Source: Microthyrium microscopicum (taxonomy: Eukaryota). From it: DNA of 64,000 nt. Under the pieces are notes generated by a model. It did no database searches. It was not told the DNA's origin and worked only from the letters and a program-made list of their open reading frames with translations. The translations under genes and the position numbers were made by a program. The stretch is from NCBI GenBank assembly GCA_010405405.1, contig MU004235.1:1502538-1566537 (forward strand). Reading direction: 5' to 3'. Positions within the stretch are counted from its first letter, which is position 1; every line of letters begins with the position of its first letter. This document shows positions 57,321 through 64,000 of the stretch, one piece after another.

Positions 57321-57719
57321 GGTAGAACAGGCGAGTTGAAGGGACGGGATTGAGAATGGTGAAAGGGAGAAGACTTGATGGTAGACTCCTGTTGGGAATG
57401 GTAGCACTTTAATACAGTATTATCAAACATTAGGTAAGGTTATTGACAAAGAAGATGGAACGGACTAGATCACATATTTGCTGTAATCTTTCCAGATGGC
57501 AGCATTTGTCTTTGATTGCAATCAATACTAGCTGCTTTGTTCAATGGCAACTCTAGGCAAACATAATCTCCATAACACAGGATGGCTATCCCTCCTGTAT
57601 ACCACAGTAGGCACTAGCATGTCGATATGTCATGGGCCACCAAACTTCCGACTTTGACATTGTCGATAGTCTGTTAACATGTCGCGGAAGTACGCTCGAA
57701 AAATAATGTCGTATTCTAG

Positions 57720-58702
57720 TCATGACCCACTATCACTACCACTTTGATTGGAATCGTCTCGGCGATGACTTCTCAACTTCCTCACATATAGATCGTTTGG
57801 TGTCGCCCGGACTTGTGTAAGAATTCCAGATGACTCGATCATCTCGTCAAAAGCATAGAGATCACTATTCTTTGTAATCCTTGATTGTCTTGGCCCCATC
57901 AGATCCACTCGCCAATGTGGCTCCGTCCACGCATTATCAAAGTCAACCAACAAGCCGTTCTTGTAATTTCGTTCTATGATATCTCTTTGAAACACAAGAG
58001 ACCCTCTCAGCTTCTTCAAGTCTTCTAGCATCGTCTTTGGCTCCTTGATAGATATCTCAGTGTTCTCGAATCTTTTTACCAATGCTCGGAAAGGCAGTCT
58101 TTTCTTCACGGGGTGTTTCTTGTTCTCAATTGATCTGTTCCAAAATGTGATTCCATACTTTTCGGCGAGGATTTCTTCGTATGGATCTGCTGCTACGGCC
58201 ATGTAGCCATAGCAAGGTACCGCAAGTTCCTTCGCCGTCGGTCTCTTCGTTTGACCTGTCCCCTTTGATTGACTACGTTTTGCGTGCTTTTCTTCAGCTT
58301 CTTTTATTCTTCCGTAAGCCCTGCACTCAGCGAAAAAAGGGTCAGAATGAAAAGTGAGTTTTTCACCAGACACGCGCTTTCTCCAAGTAACTCCTATGCT
58401 CTGTTGAGCGAATTCTAGATCGAAGAACTTGAACTATGATTTCGAGTCAGCTTTTATTCTAGAACAGTACCGCGATTCCTGTTAGAACTAACGATCTTGA
58501 GGGCATATATTTTTCTGTTGATGATCACTTTGAAAACATAAGCGCCATGGCGTTGAGGTGAGGTGGAGGTCTCATCCTCAAGGTGACTGAGGATATCCAA
58601 AAACTCAATCTTTCTATTCCGGTCTTTGAACGGTTGTAATCGGGGGCCTGTGCATGATATCGGAGGTAACGGTTCATTGCTTCTAAGATCATATTGAGCC
58701 AT
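57720..58702 (-). CDS. Protein-kinase-like fold protein of the fungal 'FTA2-domain' type; 2 exons
   Basis: Intron 58434-58492 (gttagt..gctgac..tag) joins GAYVFKVIINRKIYALKI|FKFFD..DPFFAECRAYGRI..AVPCYGY..PFRALVK..FQRDIIERNY..LLVDFDNAWTEPH. Confidence 0.82.
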
Positions 58703-59395
58703 GGAGTAGATGTATGGACAATACTAAAGTGTCAATTCTGGTGGCATATACCTTGTTCGAGTATTGCTTTCCATTGAAGATACATCCTATTTTGAGCCCA
58801 TTGACCCGATAGCCGGAAGTTGTCTTCTTTGGGAGCACTGCAGCTTGTGTTACGATAAGATCGGTAGCTCAAAGCTCCATTGGGCTAAAAAAGAGAGAAC
58901 TGTATGCATTACCCGCATAAGTCACCCCTGAAAGCATCGGAATAATTTGAAGTCAGGTCCAACTTTTATTTCTACTGGGAAGCAAGCTTTGAGAAACTGT
59001 AGGTCGTAAATTGATATCTCAATCATACAATTCGCAAATTCGAACCTATTAGACAAATTTATGATATGCTATTTGATTTATCTGTTGATGAGTTATCTCA
59101 TGAAATAGTAAGAAACGTACCTGTTAGGTGATCCTTCGATGCAGGATCCAACCTGCTTCTCTCCAAATGGAGAACATGCCCCCGGCTCTGTTGCTGATGA
59201 CTCAAGCCAGTACTCGCTTATCTATCTGCTAAAGTCCTTACCTATTCGCGTCAGGCGATATACTGGTATTAGAAGGCATAACTTGAAGTCTATGATTAGT
59301 ACTGCGGCTGGCTATTAGATCTTTCATACCTGTGTAGCTACGAGATACATCTGAACTCTCAATTGCCTGTCGAATACAGCTGTTGGAGACCAGCT

Positions 59396-60737
59396 ATGTC
59401 CAGGCGATCGACTAGTAGTGGCACAACCCTCCTTGATTACCTTCGGCAAGCTAATCCTACAGTATGGTGTAAAGGAGATCAGAGCTCCAGTGGTGAGTAC
59501 CTAGCCACTCCGACTACTTAGTACTTTGTCCATGCAAGTTTCACTTCCAAAGAGTGTTAACATGACTTTAGCCGGCTCCACCAAACATGAGGATTATCCA
59601 ACTCCAAGTCGAGTAAAGCGATGGAAAGAGTTCAAGCTCACCAATATCAGGAAGATCTTTGACAACGCCATTGACTTGGCCTTGAAAGATACCCCTACGG
59701 AAGCTTTTAGAACTATCGATTCCGGACCTGTCGAACTGAATGACATCTTCAAAGAAGACTGCTTAAACAGTGTTATCATTCGATCTATCCAACCGATCAC
59801 TGTAGAAGCACTGTCTAAGACATCGCAAGCAATCGTTGAGAAGGATATATTTATGCATCGTGGCACCGCAGCAAAACTTCCAAGTAAATCTAGATTCCAG
59901 CCAGACTGGGCAGGGAAGACTTCCTTGCGTGGAGACATCAATGCTCTGCCAGGCGACACTAAAGTCAGCAAAAGTTGGACCAGCCTGATGTTCAAAACTC
60001 AGCTCAACAGCAAAGGAGAGATCAAATATGAGAAATCCCCCTATGTGTGGCCAGTACGCCAAGTCTTCCACTATTGCATCAAAACCCATTCCCGGTACGG
60101 CTTTATCATTACTGATGCAGAACTCGTGGTTTTACGGTTTGGTTTGGCAAGCCAACAGAATGGCCAAGCAAGCGTGGAGAAAATAAGAGAATACATTGAA
60201 GATGATGGTTATGCAGAGTGGCAGTCTATTCCATGGAAGCATGATAGCGATAATACTGGATCATTGAGCATCAATCTCGCCTTGTGGGTTCTACATCTCC
60301 TCGCTGTAAACAATGGTTTTCTCGAGAGCAATTACGGCAAGTTGAGTGAAGAAGTGAAACGACCAAATGCAGAGCTCATACAACAACATAAAGAAGTCAT
60401 GGCATGTTTGGAACCCTTGTCAGGAAAAGAGACTGACGTGGAAGATGAAGTCGAGAGTGGACAGCGAGCAGCATCGATCGCATCACGAGCAGAGTCTCAA
60501 CGAAGTGATGCCTTACCCAGTCCCGACGAACGAGCGGCTGACGATCCATACCGAGCCAGCTTTCAGAGCTCATCCAATTTCGACAGCAATGCTCGCACTC
60601 CCTTTGTCGGAAGCTTTGTTTCTGAGGGTAGCACAACTCGAAGCAGAAAGAGACGTCAGGAGGCAATGCAAGATGAAACCCCAAACGGTTCACAGAAGCG
60701 ACGCCTGAGAAAGGATAGTGGAAGTACTTCTATTTAA
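59396..60737 (+). CDS. PD-(D/E)xK restriction-endonuclease-fold protein with disordered basic C-tail; 2 exons
   Basis: ATG 59396, intron 59493-59571 (gtgagt..ttaac..tag). Motifs FQPDWAG..ALPGDTKVS, PVRQVFHYC..SRYGFIITDAELVVLRF, SIPW..LSINLALWVLH. Tail RSRKRR/QKRRLRK is NLS-like. The fold assignment is by motif only. Confidence 0.75.
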
Positions 60738-61004
60738 CAGGAAACCAAGCGAGACGCTTGGGGGATACTCTCATTGTCTGTGACGTCTGCCAAAACACCT
60801 GTTAAGGAGAGAGGCTCTAACTCCACGCGCTTGATGTCTGCCGAGATATGTCATGTCAACATGTTTTCATATTCGATCGCGTCACCAGAAGAAGGAAAAA
60901 GCTTCGACAGTTCAGTCATGTCAATTCTAGCCATTGATTCTGATCCCAAAACCGATTTCGCAACGCTCGCTGAAAAGAGGAAGCTAATCTCTCTCTTAGT
61001 ATTA

Positions 61005-61749
61005 CTACCTGATTATCTGATAACGAAGCCTCTCGTTTTGGTTCATTCCCAGCTCACGTAACTCTCGAAGTAACCTAGTATTCTCCTCCAACAACGTAGC
61101 CAGCTTCACTTGATGTGCTTGATTTTCCGCCTCAAGCTTGCTTTGTTTGTCCAATGCGTAGTAATGATACTTGCTGCTGACTTCAAAGAATTCTTTCCTC
61201 ACAGGCTCGATGTAGGTGGGCGTGGCTGTATCTTTGCCAGAATGAAGATAGAAGTTCTTTCTTGCTTCGGCTTGGTAGCCAAACCTAGGGTCTGATTAGC
61301 AACATTGGGGATGCCCATACAAAAGAGCGGTATGATTACATATTCCACAGAGATTCCACCCGCAAGGCATGAGCTCTAACTACTGCAGCGTTGATGTCAT
61401 TTGGGTCTTTGTGATAGACCGAGATTGCTCCAGCCAGCTCCTCTCGAGCTTTGCAATCAACACCTGTTGAGACCTGATCCCTACTTTTAGTTGACACCAT
61501 ATAATATAAATCAATACTCACCTCGAAACAGTTTGTGCGAAACTTGCAGCACAGAGAACATCTGACAGTATGAGGCGTCGGATTTTTGGAACTTGTCACG
61601 ACACCTGGAGCAATCTCCACTACGTCCTTTTCAAATTGACATTCGTTGACAAGCTGACCAAAATTAAATGCGTAGTCTTGAAGACAGGAGACACAAGGAT
61701 TTAGAGTCCCCTTGCTCTGATTATGCTTGTCAGTGGATCGATTGTCCAT
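61005..61749 (-). CDS. Small six-cysteine (expanded Zn2Cys6-like) protein, copy 2; 3 exons
   Basis: Introns 61474-61521 and 61285-61339 at the same positions and phases as copy 1. Product MDNRSTDKHNQSKGTLNPCVSC..C..RCSLCCKFRTNCFE|VSTG..LAGAISVYHKDPND..|FGYQAEARKNFYLHSGKDTATPTYI..HQVKLATLLEENTRLL..IIR*. Confidence 0.8.
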
Positions 61750-63622
61750 GTTAAACTCAAGTAATTTCCGAACAAAATCGAAGTGATGGAATAAAATCAG
61801 AGTTGGGGGACGAAACGATGTTGTCGGGGAAGAACTTACCATTTATACTCAATAGAACCGTCACTAACTCCATTATGAGCGTTAGCAATCCCAAAGAATT
61901 TGAGTAAAGGTCTTGATTTCAGATTCTGATTTTCAATTGCGTACAAGTGGAAAATTCCTCTTTGAATAACAACAAAACGGCACAATGGTTTGAGTTATTG
62001 CTTCTGTAAGATGCAGTTGACGTATGGCTACGAGCTTTAATCTGATCACTGGCTTCCCATCGGCGGCGAAGGCGACCACGATGTCTTATGACAGAAGTAT
62101 ACCTACTTTTCCATCTTAATCATTATATTGAGCGAATACTTATTCACTCGATGAAAACAAAAAACCAATTAGGCGATCGTGGTACATGCATTCCATCCAT
62201 TTTTGTCGGTCATGACGAACCCAGGAGTTGCTCATGCTCCAAAGCCGCCAGGATGCGAATCGTTGAAGCGTAGTAGTTAGTAGTGTGTGCCAACACAAGG
62301 CGATATTTCAGTCAACTATACTTTGGCTCAAATCCAATTCAGTTTAGTGCTCATCCTCTGCTTGGCCGCCATCAACTTTACTCATGATTAAAATTTTGGC
62401 ATTTCAGTTTGCTCGTGCTCAACCCTGTCATTATTCCACGTTTGGGTCCTATTTATACTTAGTATAGAACTTTAGATTAATATTCCAAAGGATGCTGCCA
62501 CGGTTTGCTCATATCCGCATGTGACAAATCACTCCTCGTCCTTGTCAGTTGTCTTATTATGTCACTTTATGTGGTCTTTGCAATGTAAAAACTGGATCTA
62601 AAAATAGTCCAACGGCTTCGCACCGCACCGTCCCGACGCTTGGAAACGGGACGAGCTTGCAGGCTGTCCGCGAGTCAGGATGCCAATAAAAACGATCGTT
62701 CTTATTGGCTATCCCATCGTACCTTTTGCGCCACTGTCTCATCTCGAAAGGCACTGATTTCACGTTACATCTGCCAAGTGCTTGTCATCCTCCTTTCCCC
62801 CTCCTGAGCTTTTGAATGGAGCAAGCATGCGATATCACTTTGTAGACAGCTGAAGCAAAGCAAGCGCTTGAGCCATTTGGTGGAGCGACAGACATCAAGA
62901 TGACTATTATTCCAAAGAGTCGATTTTACCTCAGCCTGATACTTTACATGTTTGTGTGGTGTCAACGGACCCTGGCACAAAGCGATTGCCCGTCAGAAGA
63001 CCTTCTCGTTTACTCTCCTTTCAAACCATGGTTTTCATTTTATCAAGGATCAAGCCAAAGATGCTGGTCAGCCGCCATATGTTTATTCCAAGCAGCCGAT
63101 GAAGCAAGGAAGCAGCAATTCTCAGCAACTGCACTGATCATGGGACTGCTCCCGTTGACCCTAAAGGATATCGCTTGGCCTGAACGTAGACTTGTTCCAG
63201 TATCCCACCGATTACCAGTGTTGGCCGAGATTTTGGTTCGGGCGCTTAGTCTTGAACCTGTTGAAGTACATGGCAAAAATGAAGCAGAGAAACGGACAAT
63301 GACCGAGAGCTGGTTGACAATACATTCACCCAGCCTGGCTGATTGGGTTTGGAATCTGGAACAGAAGAGAATATTGTTCTACGTGGCGGGATCAACCCTC
63401 TCTCTGCTCCTTACATATGCCGCACTGGTGCTGGTGGAAGTCTATTCGAAACGCTCATCGCTCGGCTGCATATATCCAGCCTTCATTTTGACTTGGTACA
63501 TCGTAGCTCTCTTACCAGCTACAATTCACACACTGCTATCAAAACTGCGACATTCGAAACAGAAAAGAAAAGCCAAAGGCATTTTGGAAGCCAACCTCAA
63601 CATAGTCACTGCAGACACACCA

Positions 63623-64000
63623 ATGACACCACACCCAAACGATGTTGAAAGCGCTGGTGCAATAGTTTCTGTGATCAGCGAGCCAAGTTCATATCCTCGT
63701 AAGACCCATTCAACGCCTCTCGGGGCTCGCGATATCAAGAACCAAAACATCACACTGGCAGATCCAAGGACTTTGAGCCAAAACGGACAAAACAAGAGTC
63801 TCACTCGATCCCAGATAGCATCTGCCGTACAGGGAGCCGAAGAGTGGTGGATAGTCCAGCTCGTGTGGGCGATCTACTATATTGCTGGAACACTTGTTTT
63901 TACTTCCATCATGGCAGTCACGGTCATCGAACTGTTTGTTTGGGTCATGACTGGCTTTGCAGTAACTGGAGCAAGTAAACTGCTGGCGCTCTTGCTTTGT
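63623..64000 (+). CDS. Hypothetical membrane protein, truncated by the window end
   Basis: ATG 63623 stays open to 64000: MTPHPNDVESAG...WWIVQLVWAIYYIAGTLVFTSIMAVTVIELFVWVMTGFAVTGASKLLALLLC, with consecutive hydrophobic segments. Confidence 0.55.
   Translation, partial: MTPHPNDVESAGAIVSVISEPSSYPRKTHSTPLGARDIKNQNITLADPRTLSQNGQNKSLTRSQIASAVQGAEEWWIVQLVWAIYYIAGTLVFTSIMAVTVIELFVWVMTGFAVTGASKLLALLLC

Noticed and set aside
56270..62500. Terminal repeats or a transposase/tyrosine recombinase delimiting the nuclease-kinase cassette
   Set aside because: I found no convincing TIR, direct repeat or recombinase by eye, so the cassette is not called a mobile element.
1..64000. tRNA, rRNA or CRISPR arrays
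   Set aside because: None recognised by eye. The sequence is fungal, and a tRNAscan/Rfam run would be needed to exclude small RNAs.

Overview
Eukaryotic genomic DNA from a filamentous ascomycete (Pezizomycotina). Short GT-AG introns with CTRAY branch sites occur throughout. I spliced the gene models by hand and recognised protein families from motifs by eye; no database search was run. The conserved backbone comprises DJ-1/PfpI, cyclin H (CCL1), RPT2, UBC1, SARAF, a SulP sulfate permease, PBN1/PIG-X and AOS1. Accessory blocks interrupt it: (1) an ISG12/IFI27-motif gene next to a HeLo-like/ankyrin gene; (2) a local family of membrane-anchored coiled-coil orphans sharing a DSGY[K/N]S motif and eroded C-terminal tails, plus two related soluble coiled-coil orphans; (3) a head-to-head pair of a divergent GTP cyclohydrolase I paralog and a methyltransferase/FAD-oxidase/phosphomevalonate-kinase-like/phosphoribosyltransferase fusion, a candidate purine- or pterin-derived pathway; (4) a ~710 bp MITE-like element; (5) a four-gene cassette at 56.6-61.7 kb, in which a PD-(D/E)xK nuclease-like gene and a kinase-fold (FTA2-like) gene are divergently transcribed and bracketed by two paralogous six-cysteine genes. 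The cassette resembles a Spok-type killer/resistance system split into separate genes and is the best candidate for an undescribed system.
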